Below the pieces are notes generated by a model that saw only the letters and a program-made list of their open reading frames with translations, did not search any database and had not been told where the DNA came from. Shown here piece after piece: positions 1-12,338 of a DNA stretch of 64,000 bases. A program made the position numbers and the translations under genes. Origin of the DNA: Cyanophora paradoxa CCMP329 (Eukaryota > Plantae > Glaucophyta); the NCBI GenBank assembly GCA_004431415.1, contig QPMI01000102.1, positions 62,001 through 126,000 of the forward strand, read 5' to 3'. Every line of letters starts with the position of its first letter. Within the stretch, counting starts at the first letter, position 1.

Positions 1-1122
1 CTTCGACGAGGGCCTGCGGGCCGCGATGGCGTGGCGCCGCCTCAACCACTTCGCCCCCGGCGAGGAGTTCAGCGAGGGCCAGCTGGCCGCCCTCGAGGTG
101 TACGACCTCGTGACGGACGCGACGGGCTCGGCGCGGCCCGGCGCGGCTGGGCCCCTGGACGACGTCGCGCGCGCCTGGCGCTACAAGAACGTGAACCACT
201 CGCGCTTCTTCGGGTGGCTGCGCCGGAACTTCGGCGAGGCGGCCTCGGCGGAGGGCGTCGGGGCGCTCCTGCCGCGGCTGCTGGGCGGCTGCGTCGAGGT
301 CCTCCTCAACGAGGGGGCGCCGGGCTGCGCCACCGTGCGGATACGGGGCCTCCTGGACCTCAACCAGGAGCACCTTCTGGGGGGCAGCCCGCGCGCCTCC
401 CTTGCCGCCGTCGCCGCCGCCGCTTCCGCCCCCGGTGCCATCGATCGAGCGCGCCCTCTCTTCGGCGCCCTGACGCGCGCGCGCGCGCGCGCCCGCAGCG
501 ACGACGGCCGCCGGGCGGGGTCGCTCCAGCTCCTTTCTGTTCTCGTCTCGAGGTTCGCCGCCCGGTCTCTCTCGCCGGGGGCCGAGCCCCCTGCCGCCGC
601 CTCCAGCCATCCGGCGTCCTCCCGACCGCGTCCCGCCCAGGGCGCGGGGGCCGCCGGGCCCTGGACAACGTGGTCCGGATCGGCAGCGTCACGGTCGCAA
701 GCGGCCGTGCGCCCCGCCCCGCCGCTCCCGGCCCGGCCCGGCCCGCCCCGCCCCGCCTGCTGCTCACCGCGCGCTCCGCTCGCCTTTCCCGCCCGCCGGC
801 CCGACCGCAGCCGGGGGCCGGAGAAGGCTCTTCGACGGCGCTGGCCCCTCCCGCCCCGCCAAGCGGGCCCGCCGCGGAGGAGGAGGACTGCAGGTCCCCT
901 CGCGCCCCCGCCCCCGCCCGCCCTCCCGCCCCTCGCCTTAAAGCGGCCCCGCAGCACTACGAGCTCGAGGAGGACACGGGAGCTTCGGCGGCGGCGGTGG
1001 CGGCGGCGCCCCTGCCCGCCCCCCTCCTCCACGTCGTCCCGGCGTCGTCGTCTGGCCTCCCCGTCCTCGTTCCTATCGTCCGGGCCGCGCAGCCGCTGCC
1101 GTACCCCTACCTCGGGCTCTGA
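1..1122 (+). CDS. 3' part of an uncharacterised protein (start lies upstream of the window; probably spliced)
   Basis: Open frame from the window edge with GC3-rich codons (…AMAWRRLNHFAPGEEFSEGQLAALEVYDLV…). The likely last exon ends …PLPYPYLGL* at 1122. No family recognised. Confidence 0.5.
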   Translation, partial: LRRGPAGRDGVAPPQPLRPRRGVQRGPAGRPRGVRPRDGRDGLGAARRGWAPGRRRARLALQEREPLALLRVAAPELRRGGLGGGRRGAPAAAAGRLRRGPPQRGGAGLRHRADTGPPGPQPGAPSGGQPARLPCRRRRRRFRPRCHRSSAPSLRRPDARARARPQRRRPPGGVAPAPFCSRLEVRRPVSLAGGRAPCRRLQPSGVLPTASRPGRGGRRALDNVVRIGSVTVASGRAPRPAAPGPARPAPPRLLLTARSARLSRPPARPQPGAGEGSSTALAPPAPPSGPAAEEEDCRSPRAPAPARPPAPRLKAAPQHYELEEDTGASAAAVAAAPLPAPLLHVVPASSSGLPVLVPIVRAAQPLPYPYLGL

Positions 1123-1594
1123 CGGGCCGTCGCCCGCCTCGGCCCCGTTTTTTCCCACGGGGCGTAGCCCCCTAGTTCGCTTTTTCTCCTACCCCTTTCC
1201 GATTCGCATCCATAGCCCCGTGGCCATCACCTTTCCGATCCTCTGCCCCTCCGGACCCTTGTTTCATGCGCCAAGCCTCTGTCCGCTAGTGCCCCAGGAC
1301 AGCCCCCCGGCCCGAAGCCTTCAAGGCCGAAATATGCCGTAGCCCTGCTCCTCTGCTGCTTTTTCCCACCTCTTTCGGTACGATATCGATTCTCAGCTTA
1401 GTAACTAGTAATTCTGGCCCTAGGCCTTGGATCGTGTATAGTTCATGCAGCTTCAGTCCTAGTCCTAGTTTCCTTTCGTGGCGTTCTTAAGCTAAGCTTG
1501 CACTGTAATTGACTCGCCTGTACTAGTTTATCTGCATCTAAGAACTACTAGGTATAGTCTGGCTACCCAAACGTACTGTCTGGTCTGATTGGAC

Positions 1595-3229
1595 CTAGGC
1601 CTGCCCCCCGTGGCCAGGGCCGGCGCCGCCCCACCGGACGAGGTGCTCGTGGAACCGGCGGGCGAGCTCCTGCCCCACGCGCGCCGTCTCCGCGAGGGGC
1701 GGCCCCCAGACCCCACCGTCGTCGGCTTCCCCCTCCTCCAGCAGAGCCGAGAGGGGCCGCGCGAGCCGCCGCTGCGCGAGCGCCGCGTGGAAGCGGTTGA
1801 GCTTCGAGTACTCGCGGCACTCCTGGCGAAAGCGCTCAGATCAAATTTGAGATTCGAAGCGAGATCAAATGTTCGAAGGAAGTCACCTCCGCTCCGGCGA
1901 CGTACAGCCGCCGCCCCGAGGCCGCCGCCTCCGTCGCCATGTTCACGCTGTCCGCCGTCACCTGTACCCCCGCGGCCCCGTGAGGGGGATACAGCCGCGC
2001 TCGTTTTGGCTCGGCCGGCCGGACGGGGGGTACCACGACGCGGTCGGCGAGGGCGAGGAGGCCGTCGTAGGGGTTCGAGTGTTCCCCTGCGGCCCCTCAG
2101 GTCGCGGGGGTACGGGGCAGAAAGGGGAGGGGCACGCGAACCCCCGCGCTCGAGGGACGGCGGGGACCAGCGGGAGCCCTCCGGGGCGGAGGGGTCGTAC
2201 ACCCACGCGCGCCCGGACTCGACCAGTGGGCGAAGGACCGCAAGGAGCTCCGCCCTCGCCCCGGGAGGGGTACGGCGCGAGAGGGTGACGAGAAGGGATC
2301 CGGAGGGGATGGCGGCGAGGCGGGCGGCGAGGGCCCGCGCGAAGGCGGCGCCGAAGGGGAAGTGGCGCGTGTGGCCGCCCACGAGAACGGCCGTCAGCGG
2401 CCGCTCGAAGGCGCCTGCGCGCGCCGCGCGCCGTCGATCGCCGGATCGCCGGGCGCGCGGGGCGGCGCGCACCGAAGTGGGGCTGTCCCCGCCACCGCTC
2501 GGCGGACGCTCTGAGGGACTCCGGCGTGACGTTGCAGAGGGAGCCTAGGGTCAGGAGCACGTTCGGTTCGGGGCGGGGGCCGCCGGCGCCCTCGGGGGGG
2601 TAGTCGTGCTGCGGCGGCCGCGCGCTCGCTCGGCGGGGTACGCGGGCGGCGGAGAGGGGAGAGCGGACCTCGGGGCAGACGACGGCGGAGAAGAGGGAGG
2701 GGGAGACGTATGGGTGCTGGACCTGCACCACGAACGTCCTGCGAACGAAGAGAATTGGGAAGCGATCCGTGGCCGGGACGCGGCAGGGGCGAGCTCGAGC
2801 TCACCGGCCGCCGCTGGCCTGCCTCACAGCGGCTGCGCGCGTCGCGGCGAGGCGCGCCTCAGCTCGCCGCCGAGCCGAGCACACGGCGACGAGAGCGCGG
2901 CGCACCGGCGGCGGAGATGGTAGTGCGCCCGCTGGCGATGAGCAGGTCCGGGAACGGCTCCCGCACAACGTTCGTGCGCCACGCCGCAGGCACCAGTGCG
3001 TCCGTGTACTCCCGCAGCTGCGGCGGCAGCCTGCACGGGCCCAGCACGGCGGGCAGTGAAAGGAGCGCCGCGGCGGCTCGTGCACGCTGCCGCACCAGCC
3101 GAGGACGCGCGAATCGCGCACAGTGTCGAGGCTGTAGCGACCGCCGAAGCCCATCGCCTGCGCGAGGGCCTCCGCCTGCTTCCGCGCCCCCGCCGCCCCG
3201 TTCGAGAGCACGAGGACGCGGGGCGCCAT
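1595..3229 (-). CDS. ELM1: Mitochondrial fission ELM1-like (DUF1022/GtrOC1-type) protein, multi-exon
   Basis: Exon peptides MAPRVLVLSNGAAGARKQAEALA, FPDLLIASGRTT, VQVQHP, LVTLSRRTP, VTADSVNMATEAAASGRRLYV and PLAETARV match ELM1 family motifs. Confidence 0.8.
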
Positions 3230-3584
3230 CGAGCCGGCGCAGGCCCCTGGCTGCTGCGGGCTCTGAAGCTAAGCAGTGAGCCGGACTGCTGAGCGCTGCG
3301 GCGTGCAGTCAACAGATTGATTTGCGGCTGTGCGCATCGAGCGCCGCCATCGAGATGATACAAAGCAATTGTAGCTACTGGAGGACCTTCCGGGGCTGTG
3401 CAGTCGCTCGAGCTCGTTTTCGAGCCTTCGCTAAACGAGGGTTCGACTCTCTTTAGCATCACTTTCTGTAATAGGCTGCTGTTCCAGCAACGCGCCCCAG
3501 GGGCCTGCCGGCAGACGCACCCAGTTCTAGCCATCGTACCTATCGTATCGGCGTGGCGCTAGCGCTAGCTTGGCGTTTAGCGCC

Positions 3585-5331
3585 ATGCCGGGCGTCGAAG
3601 AGATCCTCGCGCTCCACAAGCGCGCGGGACACAGGAAAGAGGGCTCCGTGCATCGAGGTGATGCCACCGTTCCATCTGCCGATCCTCTCGCGTGCCGACC
3701 GCCGTGCCGCGCAGGCCGGCCAACGCTCGACCTCGGCGGGAGGAGACCGGCGGCCACCATCCCCTCAAAGTTCGAGACTGTGCTGTTCACGAACAACAGG
3801 GAACGGGATGGATTCGGCTCCACGGCGCACAGATTCGGGCAGCTAGAGGTGCCAGACGGTTTCATTTGGGGGCGCGCCGCCCGCCCCGCTGACCGCGCCA
3901 TCCTCCTGCGCTCGCGCAGAACGAGCTTCCCGGGTGCGCCCGAGCTCTTCCCTTTGCTTAGCTTGCGCGCCTGGCTCCCGCTGACGCCGACGCGCTGGCA
4001 GGCCGGGCACGTATGTGGGGCCCACGCCACCCCCAGACACCGCCTCCCTCGCTTCCCTATCCAAGAAGGGTCTCGGCAATGGATTTGCATCGCGGGTGCG
4101 CAGCTCGCCGCGTCCGCTGCGCGGGCCCCGCCGCCGACGGCCGGCCGCAGACGAAGCGGTTCACTTACGAGAACCAAGGACCCATCAAGCCATACACAGG
4201 ACCCGGGTCAGCCTTCCCCCCATTCTTATCACTCTCTTCGCCTCGCGGGAGAGCGAGCGGCCCCGCAGCCCCGGCGCGTACGATCCGACGTTGCCGGACC
4301 AGCCCGCGTCGCCGACGGGCGCGGCGCCCTCCGCCGCCTTCCGCGGGCGCACGGCCGCATCCACTTTCTCCCGGGATCGAAGCCCCGGTCCGGGGGAGTA
4401 CGACGTGAGCGGCTCCGCCCTCTCTTTCCCCTTTCCCCTCCGCCCCCCGCGCGGCTTACGCCCCCCGCCCCTGCGCCCCGCCCCGCAGCCGACGCCCCTC
4501 CGCAAGACGGCGCCCGTACCCGCCCGGAGCTCCTTCGTGTCGGGTACAAAGCGATTCGAGGAGCACGACGCGCTCCGCACGGGGCCCGCGCCCGGTGCGC
4601 CCGCGTACCCCCTTCGGGCTTTGCCCCCCGGCCCGGCCTGACCGTCTGGGGTGCAGGCGAGTACTTCGCGGGGGAGTACGTGCCGTACGACGGGAACAGG
4701 CCGCGCCCGGTCGGCTCCTCGGTCTTCAGGAGCGGGCTGGACCGGCTCGGGAGGAGGGAGGAGCCGCTGCCGCCCCCTCCCGGGCCGCAGGGCCTGCCTG
4801 TACCCAGGAGCCCCGAGCGGGAGCGCGAGGCGTCGTCGTCCCTCCCTGCGTTCGTGGAGCGTACCCCGGGCCCGGGGGCGTACGAGACGGACCTGGCGGC
4901 TCTGAGGAGGGGCGCCGACACGCGGGCCTCGGCCGTCTTCCAGCGGCCCATGAACGAGGCGCACGAGCAGCGGGGCGTCGCGGGCCTCGCCGGGCCCTCC
5001 CACGGCCCCGGGCCCGGGGCGTACGAGCTCACGGCCGCCGAGGAGGAGCGCCGGGCGCAGCGCGTCACCGTCTCGAACGCCGCTTTCCTCTCCCAGGCCG
5101 AGCGCGGCCGCGACCTCGTCGACCGCGACGTCCCCGGTTCGAATCCCGCCGGGACCCTTTTCCCTCACCGCTTGGATCCGACGCGCGCGCAGGGCCCGCC
5201 TTCTACCGGCCTGGCAAGCAGAACAAGAAGACGTTGTGCGTACCCCTCCCGCGCGGTCGGTACCCCCCGCGGCCTTCCCCTGATCCTGTATCCCCCGCAG
5301 CCACCTCAACCAGCTCAAGCGCTGGATGTAG
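3585..5331 (+). CDS. SHIPPO/PGPGxY-repeat ciliary protein, STPG1 (MAPO2)-like
   Basis: Repeated PGPG(A/E)Y motifs. N-terminus TIPSKFETVLFTNNRERDGFGSTAHRF; spliced C-terminus KKTFHLNQLKRWM*. Confidence 0.75.
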
Positions 5332-5604
5332 GCGGGCCCGTCGTACCCCCCCTTTCCCTATCACCTTCCCCTCCTCTCCCAGTGCTAGTGCAGCGTAGAG
5401 ATCTAGAGAGCCGCAGGCAGGCAGGCAGGCCAGGTTATATGCTCCGTTCCCTCCTTCGAATTGAAATTTACTCTTCCGGATCAGGCTTCACTTCATCCAT
5501 AACCATATATAACTTTCCTTTGCATGCATATGCGTCGCGATTTACTGAAACTTGAAATCTAAGTGCGCGGGCCTAGGCCTGCGGGCCGCAGCGAGCGAGC
5601 CAAG

Positions 5605-8600
5605 CTAGCTGGTGACGAAGGTGGCCATGACCCGCTCCTTGTCCTTGTCGGAGAGCGGGCTCTGGAAGGTGATGATGGACGAGAGCCGCACCGAGAGGTC
5701 CGCCGCCAGCCACGCGATGATCTGCCGGGAAAGGGGGGTACGGGATAAATGAGGGGGCTACTGGTGGCTCGCAGCGGGGGTACGCGTGCGCGCCTCCTCG
5801 TCGTGGGGGCCAAAGGGCTGCTCCTTCCGGTTCGTCGCGAGGACGACGGCGAGGGGTAGGCCGGACTGAAGGGGGGGAGAAAGGGGGGGGGGTAGAGAAA
5901 TTCAGGCTCAGAAGATTTTTTGAGAGGGGGAGATGGGGTACCCCGGGCCCCGTGCGGCGGACGGGGGCGACGAGGGCCGTCTTCGTGTGAGTGTGGAAGC
6001 GCCTGGCGCCAAATTCAAAAAAGAGAGGGGTACATCAGGAAGCGATGGGGTACCGGTCGATCTCGGAGGAGAAGCGCGAGTCGGTCGTCGCGTCCGCGAT
6101 GTTCATCACCTCGTCCCTGCGGATGTCGCCCAGTCCATTCAGAGGCGCACGCGTACCCCCTCGGGCCGCATTCTGCGAATCTGCGTACCCCTCGAAGGCG
6201 GACTTGACGAGAGTGGAGCCGCCGGAGATTCCGACGCGCGCGTCGGCCGCCAGCGACCAGAACTCCTCCGACTCCAGCTGGAAACAAAAGCTTTAGAAGC
6301 AGAAAAAGAGGGAAGTGGGTACAGCGGCGCTCGCCTCGTGGGAGCCCCTGCCCTCCAGGAGGAACAACACGACGCGCTCCGCCGCCAGCGCAGGCGCCGC
6401 CCTGCGCCCGCCCGCCCGCGCTCGATCAGATGAGATCAGATGATCCCTTCCGAGACCGCTCCGCTCTGCCTGCTGGCGCCCTGTCGGGCTCGCCTCTCGT
6501 GGAAGGCCCGGATCATGCCCGTCGGGGTGGACTCCTTGAGCAGGGCGCCCCGCAGCTGCGCGGCGCGCGCGTGTGAGAAGATAGATAGAAGGCGCAGCAG
6601 CGCCTAAGATAGATAACTTGAGATGGATCGATGGAGCGCCTAGATAAATAACAGCGCCTAGATAACAGCCTAGCCTTGATAATTGATAGATAACAGCGCC
6701 TAAGATAGATAACTTGATTGATGGAGCGGGAGGGGCTGCCTGCCTGGGCGAGGGCGCGGAGCTGGGCGACGTGGCCGACGCGGGCGGTGTCGGCCTGCGC
6801 GTTGCGGAGCGCCACGGCCGCCTGCGAGAGGAGCACGCCCAGCAGCACCTGCGGGCGGCGCGTGCGCGTGGGCGTGGGCGGGACGCAAAGCACGCACGGC
6901 CCAGCTTGTGCTATCTATTTAAGCTTATCCTTCTGTTTAGCTTCGACGCATTGGCGAGCTAGCTTCTGTTTTGCATGGCAAAGCTTGCGATATCTAAGCT
7001 TATGCTTCTATTTGGCCTCCGATGCTTTTAAGCCTAAGCTCGCGCTCAACCTCATGGACGCATCGGCACCTCGTCCTCGCGGGTGAAGCGGGCGCCCAGC
7101 TTCTTGTTCGTGACCTGGATCACGGCGAAGACGGAGCCCGCCCGGTCCGCGATCGGCGCGCTGGCGGCGTACGGCTCAGAAGGGGGGGGAAGTGCAGGGG
7201 TACAGGGGTGCGAGAGAAGAGAAGAGGCGGCACCAGAGGAGCGTCGTGGTGCCCGAGCGCGTCGCCCCCGCCTCCACGTCCTCCGCCACACCGGGGATCT
7301 GCGCGTAGGGGGGTACGTGAAAACACGGCGGGGAGGCGGGGAAAGGGGGGTACGTGGGCTCGCCAGAGCGGCGTCGCGAATGTTGAGGGAGCGGCCGGTC
7401 TGGCCGACGTACCCCACCACGCCCTTTCCTGCGGCGGCGGTTCGAGCCGCGGGGGCGAGGGGAAAACGGCGGGGGGGGGGGGGGGGGGGGGGGAGGGGGG
7501 GCGGAGCGCACCGAGGGGACCCGGACGGGGCGGGGGGAGTCGCGGCGGGGGGGTACGTGGCGGGGCAGAGGGCGAGGGCGGAGGCGTCGAAGGCGTCTGC
7601 AAGGAAGATGGAGGCTCCTGTACCCTGGACGAGGCCGGCCGCCTCCCGGCAGATGCCCTGCGAATGGGGAGGGGTACGGTGAGCCGAGCCGGCCGGGGTT
7701 ACTGCAGGAAGCGCGGCCACGGGTACCTGAACGCATTTGCGGAGGTCGAGCTCGTCGCTGATCTGCGGGGTACGCGGATTGGGGGCGTTTCGAAGAAGTA
7801 GAAGGGGGGTACGGCGCACGGTCTCGAAGAGGGAGAGGAGGGTGCCGAAGCGCTTGACCTGGGAGCTGGCGGGGGCGCGCTTGGGAGGGGGCGGAGGGGG
7901 TACATCGTCCCACTGGCCCTGCCCGGCGCCGCCCCTGGGGGAGGGCGTGGGGGGTACGAGGGACTCGCCGGCGGCCGCGCGGGAGGTTGCGCGGGAGGCG
8001 GAGGCTCGGAGGCGGGCCTCGGGCAGCTCGCGGGGGTTCAGGAGCCGCGCGGTCTCGCCCTGGCCCCGGCCCCCGACCTCCGCGTCCCACTCGGACGTGC
8101 CGGGGGGTACGACGTCGGTCGGGGAGGGGAACATGAGCCGCGAGGCGAAGTCCTGCGGGGGTGCGGCGGCGTCGTCGGGGGCGGGCCCGCGGGGGGCACG
8201 GGGATCGCACGTTGAAGCGCTCGCCGTCGATCTCGTCGGCCAGCGAGGAGCGCTGCAGCTTCTGCGGGGCGGGAAAGTCAGCAGGCGGCGGGCTCGAGGG
8301 CGCGGGCGGGCGGGCGCGCGGGAGGGCGCGCCTGGAGCTGCAGCTGCGCCTGGTTCCGTTCCTTGATCGCCGCGGCGGCCGCAGCCTTCGCCTGCACGGC
8401 CTCGTGCTTCAGGCGGCGGTTCTCCTCCCCGAGCCTAAGGACGAGCGCCTCGAGCTCCTGTCCGGTCCGTGAGGCCAGGAGCGTGCGGGGCCGGCGTGCG
8501 CGCGCGGCGCACGGCGATGCGCTGGGTGCCCTCCATGACCGCCGCCGCGCGGTCCGCGATGCTGTTGAGCGTCCTCCCGAAGCCACTGGACGGAGGCGAC

Positions 8601-8782
8601 TGTGAGGGCGTCCTGGGGCTCCTCGAGAAGAGAGAGGCGGGAGGCGACATCGGGGGTTGCGTGGGCGTCAGCGGCGTGGCCGGTGCCAGCGAGGGGGCCG
8701 CGGTCGGCGCCCGCACGGGCGGCATCGGCCGCGGATCCAGGCGCAGGCGCCCGTGCGGCGAAGAAACGTGTGGAGACGCCAT
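5605..8782 (-). CDS. Coiled-coil plus tandem GAF-domain protein, multi-exon
   Basis: GAF-like segments ASIFL, KGVVGYVGQTGRSLNIRDA, APIADRAGSVFAVIQVTNKKLGARFTREDE and LLSQAAVALRNA. A second, weaker repeat LAVVLATNRKEQPF. N-terminal coiled coil ELEALVLRLGEENRRLK. Confidence 0.7.
6598..6717. repeat. Intronic degenerate tandem repeat AGCGCCT(A)AGATA(G)ATAAC, about 4 copies
   Basis: Directly visible repeated units within a GAF-gene intron. Confidence 0.8.
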
Positions 8783-9307
8783 TGATTGATAGCCTCGAGT
8801 GCCCAGCTACCGTATAGCTACAGCTCGGGCCTGGAGCTACAGCCGCTGTACTCGCGGGTTGGCAGCAAGGGCCATGCGTAGCTGGTCCTGGATGTGTCGC
8901 AAGCGGGGCCCCTAAAAAACGAGGCCAGAGGCTAGCGAAGGCCGCGGAACCGAGTGGGCGACTGGTTTGTTGGGGGTACGTATTGCAAGCACAAGGCAAA
9001 TCGAGCCGCGAGATCCGCGCGCGCCACTCGCAGCACCGGCATCCGCGTAACACACTCTCTGGGCGCTGCTGCTGAGTTAGCTAGCTCGACGAGGCGCGGC
9101 ACCCAAGCGGCGAGCCGCCCGGGCGGTTGACCAGCGCTGTCCCTCGCAAGCCGCCGTTTTGAGCTGGCTGCATAGAGAACGTTAGCTATAAGCCATCCGG
9201 CGCCAGTCCGGCACTCCGAGCACCAACCAAGCTGCCACAGCAGGACGGCCGCAGGGGCACTCCAGGCGCTCCGGCGAGCGTGTGGAGTGCTTAAAGTGTC
9301 TGTCTAG

Positions 9308-10512
9308 ATGACGACACATGCCTTTCCCGTCCGAGCTCCCTTCGTGGTGCATTACCCGGAGCGGAGCTCGAAGAAGCAGAAGCAAACGCAGCACATCGAC
9401 GAGATCATCCGCTTCTGCCTTCCGGAGGGGGAAGTACATCCCCGCGTCAACGTGCGTTCAATGGTTGCTGCGCATGACCCTCCCGTCGACGCTCAAAGCG
9501 CTGCGCAGGCGCGGCTTGCGATCCTCGCGCTTCACGGGCCGATCGACCCTGCCACAGGCACGATTACGGGTGGCTTCAAAGGGTCCGTCGTCAGTTTGGC
9601 AGTGCTTCTGATTGCAGCAGGATGTGATACGCTGCGAGCAGGCACTGGAAAACTGTGCAAGGCAGGCTCGAGCCCATCGACAACCAAGTTAAGATGCAGG
9701 ACTACCACATGCGTACGCTCATCGAGGTTCAGGAGAAGGACGACGTCGTCGAGGTGCCGCGCCCTCCCCTCCGCTTCCACGCGCCTGGAGCTTTGTGTGA
9801 GAGGCTTTCTCGAACAGGTGTACGCTGAGCCTGGCAAGTTCTACTCTGCCGAGGAGCGCCAAGCGATCGTCAATCAGGCTCCGGCGCACGTTCGGTATCC
9901 GGCACAGTACGAAGCCAAGGACGTGCGAGCTGTGCTGGCCGGCATTCCTGTGGACGAGGATGGGCGGATGGAATTTGGTGAGCTGGATGCTTGAGCACTT
10001 TGGTTGGTTGCTTCTTCTGAAGCTCTTTGGCCACAGGCGCAGTACAAAAGGCTATACTTGCCGATCGGGATCGGAGAATCAAGGACCTTCGCGAGCTACT
10101 ACCAGATCTCAGGAGACCATTTGCACTAGCAGAGAAGCCAAGGAGGGCTCGCGTGCCACCAGAAGTGAGCCCGGCACTTTTGACAACCATGAACCTGCGA
10201 TCACAGAAAATCAAGGTACATGTCGCTTTCTGGTTTGTTTCAATCAAACGTTTTCTGATATCCTGCTTCAGATTTCGGACACTGACAGCACTCTCCTGCT
10301 CCGCATGCTCCGTACGTTCTTGTGATGTTTAATGGCTTCGGTGCTCTGACTATCTGGCACCCCTTGCAGATCGAGACAGCCATCGCATCTGCCAGCTATC
10401 GGATGCCAACAGCCCTGAGATCGTGCAGAATGTCAAGATTATCCGGCCTCCAGCCCTCCCCACATTTGCTGCAGTGCGGCCAACGAAGGGTCTTTGGGAT
10501 GAAACGGTATGA
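9308..10512 (+). CDS. Uncharacterised protein with a possible EF-hand-like loop (start uncertain)
   Basis: Exon-like segments HIDEIIRFCLPEGEVHPRVN, AVLAGIPVDEDGRMEF and VQKAILADRDRRIKDLRE, separated by GT..AG introns. Ends …GLWDETV*. Confidence 0.55.
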
Positions 10513-10715
10513 ATTCAGAAGCAACCTCTTCTTCTTTCATTGCTGATGCTTGTTTGGCAGTGCTGCATGACACAGACACAGAAGGGCACGTATGTTAAGA
10601 GCAAAAACTTCCCTGTGAACAAACTACATGGCATAGACTAGCTCAGGACATCAAATAGACTAGATATCGTTTCAGATATGGTGTAATATTGCATGTATTT
10701 TGATGACAGATGAGT

Positions 10716-11855
10716 TTACTGGGGTGCTGGGGGGGCGGACGGTGCAGTACTTGAGCCTGAGCCGGCCTACACGATGTGCATGCGTGATTCTCATGATCGC
10801 GAGAGGAAGAAATTGAAGAGAGTGCACCTGCGTCGCAAACTGATGCTGAGGATACTGGGACGGTGGAGAGTACTGTGTGTTGGGTTGTGCTGTGTGCGTG
10901 CAAAAAGTGAGATAGGCTTGTCGATGCAATTGAGCAGCACAGAAGCTGGCCATGGAACGCACAAACAGGCTGTGTGATGTAGAGTACGGAAGGGTCGCTC
11001 GGGTCAACATACGCTTGCCTGACCAGTTGGCCGGTTCCAACAGCGTTGACCATCGCAGCATCTGATCATGCAAAGGTCAGCAGATCTGGAACATGGGTCC
11101 CCTTCATGTCGAGCTGAGCAGACCTTCCCGTGGTGGAAGCCGCTGGTGCGCCTGTGCCATCAGGGAGTAGAAGAGCGGCAAGAGAGTACCTGGGAAGACA
11201 CTTTGGCAAATGTGACTGTGGCCCAAAGAACAACGTACCAACTCCGCCTTCCATGAAATAGATTTTAAACTTCGCCATTCCCTGGAAGATAACCATTCCG
11301 TTAGCATACAGCAGGAAAAGCTCTGGCGAAAAGCAAGCAAGACATCACCTGGAGTCCACCTCCCATCACGGCCTGAACATTCCCACTCAGGTTGTTCGCA
11401 CCAAGGATCTGCAAATGTGCTCAGAAAAGAGAACTCTTGCAAAGGACATAGAGCCAAACCGGCTGGTTGAACATCTCGTTGTAAATGTACACGAAAGGGA
11501 TCTCGAAGGACTCGAAGGCCTGGTTGGAGCGAGCCGCCACAAACACAATCCTGAACGTCGACACTACCAGCGCCGTATTCAGAAGGTTCATTACATGCTT
11601 CACGCAAACGCAAATCCGGGCGCTCACTGTAAACGATTCCCCTGATTGAGGATGGCTTGAACTTTTGCCCTGACGCCCTGCGGCTACGCTCAGCAAGCTT
11701 GTCATGTCGTTGCGCGGAGTCGCGTACAGGAAGCCATCAACCGCAAGCTCAACGCCCTTGCGCTGCAGGATGAAGAGCTCCCCGACGTACGGCACCGGCA
11801 GGCCGGTCGTCCCCGCCGGCGTCGCGGCTTGCATGATCTGCGGGTTGAGCGCCAT
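10716..11855 (-). CDS. WBP2/GRAM-PH-like protein
   Basis: MALNPQ…PVPYVGELFILQRKGVE, STFRIVFV, FESFEIPFVYIYNEMFNQP, FKIYFMEGGVGT and AYVDPSDPSVLYITQP are typical of WBP2-like proteins. Confidence 0.8.
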
Positions 11856-12338
11856 TGCAGAGTTCACTCGGTGTAGCTAACGATTCTGATGCTTCTTGGC
11901 GTCTGCGGGCGCGCGGGATGGTCAGCGAGGAGCGCGCGTCATGTGAGCCGCGGCGGGCGCACGAGAACAGCTGCGCTCGGCGTCCCCCGAGCCTGCAGCA
12001 GAGCTCTCCGGTGCCTCGCTCACCGCGCCGACGTCGCACGAGTACGCCGACCGCCTGCGGTCGCAAAAGCGCGTGCCTCGATGCCGGCCACTGAAAGCAA
12101 CCGCCGCAGCTTCGATTTCGATGCTTCTGATGCTCTCGAGCTGTTCTTCCGCGTCCCGTACTTTTCAACTTGGCGCCAAGCGCTTCCGTCCGCGCGTCAA
12201 GCTGGCACCCCGAGGGTACTCTACCCCCGCCCCCTACAGCACCTGCCCTTCGCGAACATGAATCGCTTGCATTGGAAGTGTACAGATAAGCGAGGTATAC
12301 GGTACAGAACACGGGGATCGGAGCCCCGATCGAGCGGG

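Noticed and set aside
5136-5156. GGTTCGAATCC B-box/T-loop-like motif (also at ~23233 and ~19015)
   Set aside because: No cloverleaf or A-box could be built; the first two lie in short introns.
6598-6717. Repeat-spacer-like pattern suggestive of CRISPR
   Set aside because: Irregular degenerate units inside a eukaryotic intron, no unique spacers and no cas genes.
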